A DNA stretch of 64,000 bases from Lama glama (lineage: Eukaryota): NCBI GenBank assembly GCA_028534125.1, contig CM052817.1, forward strand, positions 47,556,001 through 47,620,000, written 5' to 3'. Of the stretch, positions 63,101 to 64,000 are shown piece after piece. The notes under the pieces are model-generated. The model saw only the letters and a program-made list of their open reading frames with translations, had not been told where the DNA came from and did not search any database. Made by a program: the position numbers and the translations under genes. Within the stretch, counting starts at the first letter, position 1. Every line of letters begins with the position of its first letter.

Positions 63101-64000
63101 AATATATCATCCTCAGATACCAACATCATGGAAATATAGATGTCCTTCGTTTTTCGACCACCTTCTAACAACTAAAATCAGCAGTCATTCAATGGCAAAA
63201 GTGCCTCTGAAGGAGCTGGGGGATCCGGCACTGAGGCCAAGGGACCCAGGAGGAGTCTCACCCACCTGTGCATTGGTTACTAGGCAGACAGACCTCACGG
63301 GGGCTGTGAAACCAACAGGAGCCCATGAAATGGTCCCAACCCCACATAGCCACAGTCTGGGAACACCTGCAGAGTGCTGAATTGGGAAAACACCCACAGA
63401 AGAGACAACATTTGTAAAAGTCCAGGTTGAGGAGAGATTCCAGCACTCTGATGGATCAAAAAGATTTTGGAAGCATCAGAGAGGGTAAGAGGAACCTTGC
63501 CAGCACCACCTCTTCAGATCTGGTGCTGATTAATGGCCAGTATTGGGAAAGAATCCTTGAACTTTTCTCTGGAGAAAGAAGATTGGGTTCCCATTAATCT
63601 GTATTGTAAGCAAAAGAAAAGACACATTGCCTGGAGTGATACTGTAAGTTTTACTAATGTATTGTGTGCCAAACAATACATAAATCTCTGTCACAGCTAA
63701 ATGGTGTAATAGAGGGTTTGTAATTTGATTGAAATAATTAAATGAAAATCAGACAATGCAAATGATGCTCCTTGAGATAGAGAAATGTTTTAAGAAGCTG
63801 AGCTGAAGCCTCTAACTGATACAAAACCTGTGAAAATGGATTATCTAGAGGAGGACGTGAATTTGACTTTAGAAACATTGCACATTCAATTAACTGTCTC
63901 CATCAAATCGTGTAAGTTTCAAATAACTGCACAATTGACCGTAACAGTAATTGAGATGGCAAAAGGATATCAAAAGATCTTGAAAAAGCTATAGTCACCA

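Noticed and set aside
1..64000. CRISPR arrays, operons, defence systems or horizontally acquired genes
   Set aside because: The window is mammalian intron/exon DNA; no regularly spaced repeat-spacer array or long unexplained ORF was seen

Overview
Mammalian (not prokaryotic) genomic DNA, probably from a camelid, judging by tRNA-derived Vic-1-like SINEs and no recognisable Alu, Bov-A/tA or PRE1 elements (inference). Two genes face tail to tail. (1) The last five exons of ADAMTS3 on the + strand (4099-4264, 6731-6863, 12086-12293, 13979-14096, 18474-19033, then a ~2.2 kb 3'UTR). All junctions are GT-AG and in phase, encoding the end of the spacer, three TSP1 repeats, the PLAC domain and a disordered tail. 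(2) The complete 420-aa ORF of the RF-amide GPCR NPFFR2 on the - strand in three coding exons (58951-58624, 54229-54130, 52252-51418; 328+100+835=1263 nt). The rest is intronic/intergenic repeat-rich DNA (L1, MIR/L2, MaLR, ERV solo LTRs with intact TSDs, a Tigger/MER47 element, SINEs, microsatellites) plus a 500-N scaffold gap. I found no convincing new biological system. Best leads: an orphan poly(A)-tailed, TSD-flanked retroposed fragment of unrecognised origin in an ADAMTS3 intron; twin same-family solo LTRs just past the ADAMTS3 poly(A) signal pointing antisense into it; a pre-miRNA-like hairpin beside an AP-1 site cluster; one unusually GC3/CpG-rich exon; and NPFFR1-like residues in this NPFFR2. 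Exon numbers, repeat-family names and human comparisons are from memory and need database confirmation.
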